Below are positions 39,301-51,059 of a stretch of 64,000 nucleotides of DNA, in pieces; position 1 is the first letter of the stretch, and each line of letters opens with the position of its first letter. The stretch covers positions 33,170,001 through 33,234,000 of the forward strand of contig OX597829.1 of the NCBI GenBank assembly GCA_951406725.2. Reading direction: 5' to 3'. Source of the stretch: Octopus vulgaris. Taxonomy: Eukaryota. The notes under the pieces were generated by a model. It was not told the origin of the DNA and searched no databases. It worked only from the letters and a program-made list of their open reading frames with translations. A program made the position numbers and the translations under genes.

Positions 39301-40496
39301 GTATTGAAGCTTGAGAACAATCAGATACATTTGCAACACATCTGTTGAAAATATTATTGTTCACACACATACATATACATATATACATACAGACAGACAG
39401 ATAGACACACACACACACACACATGATCCAGCATGGCCACAACCTCAAGGCTGAAACATATAAAAGAATAACAGAATATAAATGTGTGCAAAGTACAAGA
39501 AATATTAATGCAGTATATGGGGATTGGACAATAAGCGTAAGGCAGTGTCAATGGTGGTTCCAGAAATCCCGAGCCATAAACTACAGCCTAGAAGACGAGC
39601 CTCATCCTGAAAGATCTGTAGAACTCGACAAGGACATCCTGAAAACCCTGGTGGAACAAAATATCATCGTAACTGTTGAGGAACTAGCAGAGAAGCTTGG
39701 ATTTGGTCATTCAACCATTCATTGACACCTGTGTGCTATCGGAAAAGTCAGCAAATTGGGTCAACGGGTTCCTCACGAACTTTCCGAGTCTAATTGCATG
39801 CATAGAGTGAATGTATGCTTTTCTTTGCTGTCATATCTCACCACTACTGCGCTATGTATATCTATATATATAAAACTGTAGTTGTGTGAGTGTCTGTCCC
39901 CTTCGATTTAGATTCCTAACTACTCCCACATTTTGCGGTACAGGTTAACCAAATTCGGGTACCTTATAGTCGTGATTCATATCGAGCCCGTCTGAATATT
40001 AGCGCGCGTCTACGATGAGTCTACGATTTTAAAAATAATTTAACATCATTTTTTATTCCATTTTAATGCATAATTTTTCGTGTGTCGATGGCGGCGGAGT
40101 TGGCGTCCACGCTCACACCTGCACCTGTGGGGAAGGGAGTGTAAGGAAATCAACGTCGTAATGCGTTGTCAAGGAGACCAGTGTTCTTTTAGAACAACGA
40201 CTTCATGGCTTGAAGACACCAAAACAGAAATGGCTAAGAAAGCGTCTACATGAGTCTACGATTTAAAAAAAAATTTACCATCGTTTTTTTTCCATTTTAA
40301 TGCATTTTTCGCTATTATATAAGGGAAGTAACTCTCTAAAAATGTCTACGATGAGTCAACGATTTAAAAAAAAATTTACCATCATATTTTTTCCATTTTT
40401 AATGCATTTTTTGCTATTTTTTGGCTATAACTCTCTAAAAATGCTTATATAGTTATTTCCCTTCCAAACCCGAGCAACGCCGGGCGATACTGCTAG
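38727..40496 (+). mobile_element. non-autonomous composite Helitron
   Basis: 5' TC, 3' hairpin cccgagcaacgccggg + CTAG, inserted between A and T of atagaa|ttttctcaataaag with no TSD. Confidence 0.85.
39480..39840 (+). pseudogene. mariner transposase N-terminal fragment
   Basis: RNINAVYG..SVRQCQWWFQK..SLEDEP..TVEELAEKL..STIH, then KLGQRVPHEL (WVPHEL-like). Confidence 0.85.
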
Positions 40497-41428
40497 TTTT
40501 CTCAATAAAGCCAAGAGAAAAAGATGTTTTATAAACACATTCTACCAGTATACGAAGTTTAAAATTTTTTAGTTACCTAGAAATTATGTTAAAAACTGCC
40601 GTTCAAACCAAAAAGATCCAAGATCCCTTTTTAATACTTGTCTCATCCTAGATGATTTACTGATATAGCAAAATTTCTTGTAGCTTTAAAATAAGTTCTA
40701 GCATTGCGCTTGGGCAGTTCCAATTATAAATTAAATCTGTAAAAATTGTGTACTTTTACATTGTAAAGGTTTAAAAGAACCAATTCTACAACGTTTGTCC
40801 TGGCATTAACCCATTTTAGCTGATATTTTTAAACCCAAGTTATTCACGCATACGCATCTTACACACTCATACATACACACACACACACAGAGTATGCGTA
40901 AGTGTGTGTGCACTTGTGTATGTATTTTCTATGTTTGAGTGTGTGTATAAACATAATACATACATAAATGCACACATATACGTATCTGTTTACACACACG
41001 CATATATACCTTCGTGTGTGTGTGTGTGTGTGTTTGTGCGAAGAAAGTATGAGATAGTTTTGAGAGATATAAACAAGTTTAGCGCACGTGGTTCGATGCC
41101 TTCGTGTGTGTGTGTGCGCACGCGAGTGTGTATGTGATGGAAGTAAAATTATCAACCCTTAACCACTTAGCTACACTTCTCACAAATGCTCCACCTTTTC
41201 TTTTATCGATTGTCTTCTCTCTACAACTTTGAAAACAAGAGTTTAATACATGTATATGCATATATAAATGTAAATGTATTTCTATTTCTATTTCTATGTC
41301 TTGTTATATTTGTACTATATTAATGTATAATATCATTGCTATTGTGTAGTGGTTTAATAAAGTATTGATTGGGTATTATCTGATAGTTGATGATTGATTT
41401 AGATATATTTCTCCATTTTCTCATTTTG

Positions 41429-41485
<57 letters not shown>

Positions 41486-41544
41486 AAAGTTAAATGCGAT
41501 ACAATAAAATTAATTATAATCGCCGGTGTACCAGTACTATCCAC

Positions 41545-41885
41545 AAGGGGCTAAACACAGAGGGGACAAACAAGGACAGACAAAGGGATTAAGTCGATTA
41601 TATCGACTCCTGTGCGTAACTGGTACTTAATTTATCGACCTCGAAAGGATGAAAGGCAAAGTCAACCTCGGCGGAATTTGAACTCAGAACGTAGCGACAG
41701 ACGAAATACGGCTACGAATTTCGCCCGGCGTGCTAACGTTTCTGCCTGGCGTGGCTGTGTGGTAAGAAGCTTGATTCCCAACCACACAGTTTCCGGGTTC
41801 AGTTCCACTGCGTGGGTCGGTCACGGCCTTGTGAGTGGGATTTGGTAGATGGAAACTGAAAGAAGCCCGTCGTGTATGTGTGTGT
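41545..41885. mobile_element. back-to-back SINEs: OR-like (41545-41746, minus) and OK-like head (41747-41885, plus)
   Basis: ggcggaatttgaactcagaacgtagcg; gtggctgtgtggtaagaagcttg. Confidence 0.8.
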
Positions 41886-42346
41886 GTGCGTGTGCGTATT
41901 TCGTTTTGGGATTTGGTTTGAATGATTCTTTATGTGAGATGAAGCATATTTTGTGTCTGGGGAGAGTCATTCTCTATTTGTGCCTTATTATTTAACACAC
42001 ATACACCAGTAAAGTTTCCACTTGTTTATTTTCCCTAAAACTTCCGTTGCGTCTTGCAACCTTTTCAATAGTGGTTGACTCTGTCCGTTATCCGAGCTGC
42101 ATTCTTTTTGTATGTTTGTGCGCATGTGTGTGTGGGTCAGTGTGTGTGCGCATACGCATGTATGTATGTATGTATGTATGTATGTATGTATGTATGTATG
42201 TATGTATGTATGTATGTATGTATGTATGTATGCATGTATGCATGTATGCATGCATGTATGTATGTATGTATGTATGTATGTATGTATGTATGTGTGTGTG
42301 TATGTGTGCGTGCGTACGTATGTATGTAAGCATGCATGCATGTATG

Positions 42347-42756
42347 GGATCTTTTCGGTTTGAACGGCAGTTTTTAACATAATTTCTAGGTAACTAAAAA
42401 ATGTTAAACTTCGTATACTGGTAGAATGTGTTTATAAAACATCTTTTTCTCTTGGCTTTATTGAGAAAATTCTATAGTTTGTAAGATATTTGTTGTTGTT
42501 TTTTCTGCAATTTCAACCAATCAGTGACGTGTATTGAGGTAAAAATCATTCTGTGCCGTATGAATATGTCCCTCATTTAAGAAACATATTGGGTTTATTT
42601 ACTTTTGTGAAGAAAAAAAAGATACCCTTCCCTCCACCCCTAACCCTAACCCTAAAACAGATTGAAATGCAATAGATCGATACTAAGGTCATAATTATGG
42701 GTGACAATTTCATATGACACTGCTAGAAAAAACTGCCGTTCAACCCGAAAAGATCC
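42347..42756. mobile_element. GGATC-TIR MITE
   Basis: ggatcttttcggtttgaacggcag ... ctgccgttcaacccgaaaagatcc. Confidence 0.9.
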
Positions 42757-43269
42757 CAAATAAATGTTGAGTTTCTGTATGTTGTTACATTGGTGATGCA
42801 TACTAACTTTTGCTAAATTGGTGACTTTCCATTTTTTTTATAGCATAACTATGCTATAGAAAGTATGTTTTGCACCTATATTGACTACATTTCGTTTTGC
42901 TTGATCTTTGTATGTGCACATTTTGCTGTTTTCAATATCAAATTCTATGAATGTGTTTTTGTGTTCCTTACATCTATAGTAAACTATAGTAAATAACATT
43001 TTACAATGTTTTAATGAGCCCACATATAATGAAGTGGCCATCCTTATGGTTGGTGGTCCCCATGAAAATCATGATATTCTCATTTGTGTTCAAGATAACA
43101 ACCTTAAACGTGTTTCATAGACTCATCCCTCTTATCATGCTCTCTGGTATACTCTTATTCTGTGGAATGGACAAGATGGATATCATTCCAATATTCCACG
43201 GATTGAACCCAGGACACACGTCCATTTCATATACACGTCCACTTCATATACACGTCCGTTTCATATACA

Positions 43270-44312
43270 CACGTCCATTTCATATACACGCACATCTTAC
43301 ACTTTCTCCTCTCACTTCAAAGCAAATGTCACTTTTTCACTTTATTCTCTTTTTCAGTTTCTGCTCTCTTCAAAGCATTGAGAAATTAAAACAATTTTAC
43401 GGAAATTAACGAACAATTCAATGATCCCATATAGCCAATTACAAACAAAATGACTTCTATTTTTACCAATTGATGTTAAGACCAGAACAATCAAATCAAT
43501 TACACATATCAAATAAACTTTATTTTCATTTACATATTTTCTACGTTATCTCAATAGCCAGCTATAGTTATTTCAAATGCATTTCTCTACAACGACCAGG
43601 TTTCATTACAAAATCAAAATAGTTTCACATTTTCAATTTGAAGCAAAATTACAGTGTTGCATTACGAGACTGACAAGGTGTGAATAATGAAAGTAATGTT
43701 TCTCTGAATAAGCCACATCTATCATAATAAAGAAACCTGCTTATTATCTATCCCCACCAAATAAACTATGTTTTTGATTCAACAACTCTTTTTTACAACT
43801 AAAATAATTACGTTGGATCGCACAATTTTCAGGTCATATTTGGATGATATTTCAACTTGCTCCCAATATTTCACGCATGCGTAGAATTTTACTCAGACAA
43901 ACATTTATGAAAATGTACACATAAATATTGTATTAAAATAAGCCACAATAAAAAAAAAACTTGCATTAAAAGACATCCATTTTTCTATGTAATGACAAAA
44001 TGTAGTCACACACACACACACTCTCTCTCTCTCTCTCACACACACACAAACAAAAGCTGTATGAATATGTATTTATGGGCGAAGGTAAAGAATTCGCACT
44101 CCCGGTGTTTAAGCTTAGGGTTACACTGAAAACAGATGGTGTGCGTATTCTTTACCTCCGCTATGTACGTGTGTATGAAAGATAATGTGTGTGAGTGTGT
44201 GTGTGAGAGAGAGAGAGAGAGAGGGAGAGCGAGTGAGTGCTACTTATACATACATGCAAAAAAATTCATACATTACAACATATACCTTCACTCAGTCACT
44301 CTCTTTCTCTTG

Positions 44313-44346
<34 letters not shown>

Positions 44347-44500
44347 CATTTCATATACACATACATCTTACACTTTCTCCTCTCACTTCAAAGCAAATGT
44401 CACTTTTTCACTTTATTCTCTTTTTCAGTTTCTGCTCTCTTCAAAGCATAGAGAAATTAAAACAATTTTACGGAAATTAACGAACAATTCAATGATCCCA
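43270..44500 (+). repeat. ~160-bp direct repeat (43270-43430 / 44341-44500)
   Basis: acgtccatttcatatacac..caattcaatgatcccata present twice. Confidence 0.85.
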
Positions 44501-44917
44501 TATATGTCGAGTTGACAACTTTACTTCTTCAAATGCTATAAAATAACTTCCTTTGACACACAAACACACACTCTAGGTAAAACTTCTGTGCGAATTATGT
44601 TAGTTTCAAATTCGAAATCTTAGTGAGAAATGAAAGGTTTTTCTGTAGATTGCAGATTTTTAGGTAATGGCAGTTCTATCACATTGTTAGTGTCGTATAC
44701 TGATGTGAATTGTTTTAAATAGAAGTACTAACATCGGGAGTTACTGCACAGAGGCTGTTGTCGGTATTAAGTTAAGGTTAGGCCTGGTTTTCAGTACAAA
44801 TACACCACAAGATGTAAATTTCGCTTTTTGTTACTGTTATATAAGATGACCCCCAATTTTGGTGTGATTTGTGGGCTATAAAAGATCATCTTATACACTG
44901 AATATATATATATATAT

Positions 44918-45842
44918 ATATTTATCAAAAGAAAAACAGGATGCAAAGGATTTAGCAGTACATATGTTTCTGGCTTTATTGGACAGTTTATATCAATGCA
45001 TAATTGATGTAACATGTATGTCAATAGCCTTCTTCAGCCGCACACAATTACCACACCAAAGACATATATTACATTATAGCAGGTTTGAGAAGAAGTTTGG
45101 GAAAAAGACGAGTTTCGTTGGGGATGCAGTTCCTCATAGTCATATATAGCAAAGCGAGACACCAAAACAAAACGTCCATATTGTTTTTTTCACTCGATAT
45201 AGAATGAGGAGGTTAGATGTTGAGATAAAGGGGGAAGTAGTGGAAGGGGGTGAATCTTTATTGAGTTTGGGATACTTATATACTTATTTTTTTACATTTT
45301 TACTCGTTTTTTACATTTTCACTCTTTTTTTTTATATTTTTACCCTTTTTTTACATTTTCACTCTTTTTTTACATTTTTACTCTTTTATTACATTTTGCA
45401 CTTACTATTATCCCGTATAATCATGTTTAGATTTATACATATACTTTTTCCTCTTTGTGATCCCAAACTCATTAAAGATTCACCCCCTTCCACTACTTCC
45501 CTCTTTATCTCAACATCCAACCTCCTCATTCTATATCGAGTGAAAAAACGATATGGACGTTTTGTTTTGGTGTCTCGCTTTGCTATATACGACTATGAGG
45601 ATTTGCATCCCCAACGAAACTCGTCTTTTTCCCAAACTTCTTCTCAAACCTGCTATAATGTAATACATGTTACATCAATTATGCATTGATATAAACTGTC
45701 CAATAAAGCCAGAAACATATGTACCGCTAAATCCTTTGCATCCTGTTTTTCTTTTGATAAATATACCCTATCACCTACACCACTAACTGGCATATACAGG
45801 TGCTTACAGTTATCAAGTATTCACCCTGAATTTTTTGTACCT
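44918..45842. mobile_element. (TA)n-flanked fold-back HHR element
   Basis: Arms 44918-45272 / 45459-45763, T-rich spacer, extra right tail. Confidence 0.85.
44955..45041 (-). ncRNA. type I hammerhead with elongated stem II
   Basis: gcgg CTGAAGA aggctattga..ccaataaagcca GAAAC atat GTA ctgc. Confidence 0.8.
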
Positions 45843-45863
45843 ATATATATATATGTGTGTGTA

Positions 45864-45978
<115 letters not shown>

Positions 45979-46010
45979 ATCAAAATAAGCAACAAGGATA
46001 ACCAGAGGTA

Positions 46011-46098
46011 ATGCAGTATGATCGTTTCAAGCGACTAAATTTAATTGAACAATGCAATCATTACATCAATTTAAATGCAGAGCAATCCTCAGCTGCAT
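46011..46098 (-). ncRNA. type I hammerhead with elongated stem II, partly decayed
   Basis: atgcag CTGAGGA ttgc..gctt GAAAC gatc ATA ctgcat; 6-bp stem I. Confidence 0.75.
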
Positions 46099-46705
46099 AA
46101 ATACATAGAATTTAATTAAATTAAAACAGATGGACACATTAGTATAATTTTACCTAAAATCTCCAAGAAGATAGACAAAGAACATGCTGTCTTCACTTCA
46201 GCTTAGAAGCTACTAAGGTATCAGGAAGAAAGACTTGTTACAGATTTTGCTTGTCACTATTTTATGGGGTCATTTTTAATTTATAGACTAGTTTTATCAA
46301 ATCTTTGTGTGTCTAAGGCTGGAGAAAACAAGGAGTAGTGTCTGTTAGGAATGGGGCTGAGGGAGTCAACAGAAATCATAGTGGGTTAGTCATAAAAAAC
46401 TATCAAGATTTATTAGAAGCAATATCAAGAGATTTGGTAAAGGAAACCTTAAATCAAGATGTTAGCTGATAATTAAGGGGGCCCCCGGCCACTAGCAGAC
46501 CAATGATAATAAAAACAGGGGAAATTTTATCATATAGTTAAAATATTTTAAACAATATTGCCATGTTGTATAAAGTTAAAGTTTAGGGTTATTCAGAAAA
46601 TTATTAAGAAGAATATTATAACAAAAAGGATAAAAAAGTTTTTTGAATACTTTTGAGTATATACCAAACTTTTACCACAATAGAGGGATGAAAAGAAATT
46701 ATATA

Positions 46706-47120
46706 GGCGTAGGAGTGGCTGTGTGGTAAGTAGCTTGCTTACTATCCATATGGTTCCGGGTTCAGTCCCATTTCATGGCATCTTGGGCAAGTATCTTTTA
46801 CTATAGCCTTGGGCTGACCAAAGCCTTGTGAGTGGATTTGGTAGATAGAAACTGAAAGAAGCCCATCGTATATATGTATATATATGTGTGTGTGTATATG
46901 CATGTGTGTATGTGTTTGTCCCCCCCCCCCCCCACATCACTTGACAACCGATACTGGTGTGTTTACGTCCCGGTAACTTAGCAGTTCGGCAAAAGAGACT
47001 GATAGAATAAGTACCAAGCTTACAAAGAATAAGTCCTGGGGTCGATTTGCTCGACTAAAGGTGGTGCTCCAGCATGGCCAGTCAAATGACTGAAACAAAT
47101 AAAAGAATAAAAGAAAGAAT
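46706..47120 (+). mobile_element. full-length OK-like tRNA-derived SINE
   Basis: A-box gtggctgtgtgg, B-box ggttcagtccc, central microsatellite, (taaaagaa)n tail. Confidence 0.85.
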
Positions 47121-47164
47121 AAGGAATCAAGTTGTCATGCCAATTCATATAGAACATATACATA

Positions 47165-47612
47165 ATCATCATCCTTTAACGTATATTTACCTTGCTGGCA
47201 TGGGTTGGACAGTTTGACCAGAGATTGCAAGCTGGAGAGTTGCACAAGGTTTCAGTCTGATTTAGCCTGGTTTCTACAGTTGGATACCCTTCTTAATGTC
47301 AACCAGTTTACAGTGTGTTGGGTGCTTTTAACGTGGTACTGACACGAGAACATTTACGTGACGCTGGCGTGAGTACTTTTTACAAAGCACCAACACAGTA
47401 CTCTTAACACTTGTGCAATGGAGAATGGGTCTCCTTGAGGACAGCAAGGTGCCAGATATTTCAGTCCTTTGTCATCTCCTCCTTAAGGCTCAGTGTCTCA
47501 AGATCTTTCTTCAGTACTTCATCCCATGTTTTCTTGGATCTCTCTCTTCCACAGGTTTCATCCTCTCTGAGAGATCGGCACTTCTTTATGGAGCTGTTGA
47601 CATCCATTCACA
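47165..47612 (-). mobile_element. decayed RTE 3' end
   Basis: Homologous to the end of the RTE ORF and tail; (gat)n at 47166-47173. Confidence 0.7.
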
Positions 47613-47619
47613 TAGTAGT

Positions 47620-47798
47620 TTTACTTTTTCCTTTTACTTGTTTCTGTCATTTTACTGCTGCCACGCTAGAACACCGCCATTTAGTCGAACAAATCAACCC
47701 CAGAACTTATTCTTTTTAAGCCTAGTACTTATTCTATTGGCCAGTTTTGCTGAAACGATAAGTTACGGGAACATAAACACACCAACACATTATATATA

Positions 47799-47834
<36 letters not shown>

Positions 47835-48037
47835 TGTATGTATGTATGTATATATATATATATATATATATATACACGACGGGCTTTCAGTTTCTGTCTA
47901 CCAAATCCACTCACTAGGCCTTGGTTGGCCCGAGGATATAGTAGAAGACACTTGACCAAGATGCCATGCAGTGAGACTGAACCCATAACCATATGTTTGG
48001 GAAGCAAGCTTCTTACCACACAACCACTCCTGCACCT
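47620..48037 (-). mobile_element. OK-like SINE
   Basis: Reverse complement of the 46706-47120 family. Confidence 0.8.
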
Positions 48038-48461
48038 AATTGTCTAAAATTTTCTAGTCACACAATTCTGGCAAATACAGTAAAGTTTATGGTTTATTGA
48101 TAATTCTGCACATGTCTGGTGTTTGTCAAGGATAATTTTAACGTTAGCCCATGTGCTTATGTTTCCTTTTTCCACACCGCATGCCGTATACATAATTTGA
48201 ATTTTAACAATTGAGATCTCGGAGTTGTGACCCTTATTTACCTGATAATGCTTTTCTTTTCCTCACCAACTTAACCCTCACTTTTATTTTCTGGTTAATG
48301 GGTGTTTCGATTTACCTCAACTTTCTGCCTCGTTTCTTCGTTTGTATCACTTTCCTGACTTCTCACCCTCTCCAAACCATCCTCAGGTTTAGCTATCACT
48401 TTCCCCAACAAGGAAAGTTTGTTCTTTGTCATAAGCAACTAAATTGCCTCCAAATATTATC

Positions 48462-49268
48462 GGATCTTTTCCTTTTGAATGGCATATGTCAACACAATTT
48501 CTAGTTAACTATAAACACTTTTAAACTTCGTATACTGGTAGAATGTGTTTATAAAGCATCATTTTTTCTTGGCTTTATTGAGAAAATTCTATATGTTGTA
48601 ACATATTTCCACTTCAATTTCAAGCATTTTGGCAATTTTAACCAATCACTGACCTTCATTTGGGGTGAAAACATTCCGTGCTGTATGAATATGTCCCTCG
48701 TTTAAGAAACAGATTGGGTTTATTTACATTTGCGAAGAAAAAAGATACCCTTCCCCACCCTAACCCTAAATCTAAAATAGATTGAAATGCAATAGATCGA
48801 TACTAGGGTTATAATTATGGGTGACAATTTCATACGAAACCGCTACGGAAAATGGGATTTTTTTCTAGCGGTGTCAAATGAAAATGTCACCCATAATTAT
48901 AACCCTAGTATCGATCAATTGCATTTCAATCTATTTTAGATTTAGGGTTAGAGTTTGGGTTAGGGTTTAGGGGTGGGGGAAGGGTATCTTTTTTCTTCAC
49001 AAATGTTAATAAACCCAATCTGTTTCTTAAACGAGGGACATATTCATACAGCACGGAATGTTTTCACCCCAAATGGAGGTCAGCGATTGGTTAAAATTGC
49101 CGAAATGCTCAAAATTTCAGATGAAATATCTTACAAACTATAGAATTTTCTCAATAAAGCCAAGAGAAAATGATGCTTTATAAACACATTCTACCAGTAT
49201 ACGAAGTTTAAAAGTGTTTAGTTAACTAGAAATTGTGTTGACATGTGCCGTTCAAAAGGAAAAGATCC
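48462..49268. mobile_element. palindromic dimer of the GGATC-TIR MITE family with 8-bp TSD
   Basis: TSD atattatc at 48454-48461 and 49269-49276; halves are reverse complements around ~48850. Confidence 0.9.
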
Positions 49269-50005
49269 ATATTATCTTTTTAAAAAGGATACACTGGATA
49301 ATGTGGTCCTAACTATCTGGTTGGGAAAAAAGAAGCAAAAAATTACAAATATGCTAGTCAGGATTCTTACGCTTCTCTTCTGCTCGATCAGGGCTGTTTA
49401 GTCTTAAGTTGTCACCCCCTCACCGCCGCCGCCGCCGCCATCACCAAGAACAACAACAACAACAACAACAACGACGACAACGACGATAAATCAACAAGAA
49501 CTTCAACAACAGAAAGCTATAACAGCATATTACAATCAAAGTCAATAAATGTTTTCCTTTTGGGAGAAATTTTGATAACACACACATCCGACAGGAAGCT
49601 TTTCTGCCACAACAGTGCTATTTTCTATTTCCTATTTCACACTACTATTGAGCTTTAATTCCGAGGAAATTTAAATTGGGACGATGTTATACCAACGTTT
49701 CTTGAATTGAAAACTAATAAAGCCCAATGTGGTTGAAATGTTTTACAGCGTTTTACAACGAGAAATACACATAAATTCATATGCGCGTATGTTTGTGTGT
49801 TTGTATGTATATGTGTGCATATTCATACACATGTGCACACACACACACACACATCCATCCATTCATCCATCCTTCCACCCATCCACCCACCCAAACAACC
49901 CATCCATCCATCCATATTTACTTACATACTTACATAATACATACATACATACATACACACATACACACACACACACACACACACAAACACTCACAAACAC
50001 ACACA

Positions 50006-50290
50006 CAGTGGCGGACTGGGTCTGAAAACATTGGTTGCCATGAGACTAAGGGGGACCACTCGCAACAATAAGGGGAGCCACCCGCAACTACAATGCTATC
50101 ATTTAATTTTTTTGTTTTGTTAAAAGTATTCTTTTCAGTTGTTAACAAACACAGCCAGGCAGAAATGATAAATGCATTCTTTCAGGAGTGAATAAAAAGT
50201 TCTCAAACTTGAGGGGATGGGCCACTTAGATACTAACATGGTCCCCCATATGTGGATTCTAATGGTGGCAACCTGGCCAGTCCGCCACTG
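50006..50290. mobile_element. hAT-type MITE
   Basis: TIR cagtggcggactgg / ccagtccgccactg; imperfect 8-bp flanks cacacaca/catacata. Confidence 0.8.
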
Positions 50291-50329
50291 CATACATACA
50301 TTGTCACAAAGTACCTGGTGAGCAAGAGA

Positions 50330-51030
50330 GACAGTGATGCTCTTGTAATCCCAAGGTGCAACAGCATGTATAGTCTATATCATGTTTCTGTGGAAGACAT
50401 CATGCATGTCATCATGGTACTACCTCCTTATGCAGTACTATGTTGTTGCTAAAACAATTTGCAAGGCCATCCACAAAAAAGGACTTCTGAAATAAACTTA
50501 GAAAATTCCTCTGTTATGGAATACATTCATAAACACCAACTCAAGGAGTACTGATGGAATATTCCCATCAAAACCTTTGTCAAATGTAAACATAACAGGC
50601 TGGATATTGTTGTTTGGGACAGAGGAATAAAGGTATGTACCATCATAGAGGTCATCTGTGCTACAGATATAAATATCACTTTGAAAATTAAAGAAAAAGA
50701 AGATATCTATGGTCAAGTGCTTTGAAACCTCCAGCTTCTATATCCAGACTATGAATTCATATTCAAACCAATAATTATTGGAGCACTAGGTTTTGTTAGT
50801 AAATGCTTAAAGGAGAATCTGGATAAACTGGCATTTTCAGAAAGAGAAATCGATCGGATGATTCGTACATTACAAGTGCAATCTGTGAGTGGAACAGTAA
50901 AAATATGCAAGACTTTTTTCAAGTTCCAAATGTGAATTTGTCTGTGTTAACTATATCCCAAAGATGGGGCCTTGTATCTTTGTTGGAAACTAGCTCCCTC
51001 CTCAGTGGAAGATTTATAATAATTAAAAAA
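50330..51030 (+). pseudogene. RLE-clade (R4/NeSL-like) LINE C-terminal endonuclease remnant
   Basis: Manual translation KHNRLDIVVWD..IIEVICATDINI..KEKEDIYG..PIIIGALG..KICKTF; upstream VEDIMHVI knuckle remnant. Confidence 0.75.
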
Positions 51031-51059
51031 TAGAAGACACACACACATATATATATGTT

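Larger units (their letters stand above)
38442..40619. mobile_element. GGATC-TIR MITE (38442-38726 + 40497-40619) interrupted by a Helitron
   Basis: TIR ggatcttttcggtttgaacggcag / ctgccgttcaaaccaaaaagatcc; internal (taaccc)n-like motif; uninterrupted copy at 42347-42756. Confidence 0.85.

Noticed and set aside
46706-46790. tRNA gene
   Set aside because: tRNA-like A/B boxes are the SINE head; no complete cloverleaf and it continues into the SINE body.
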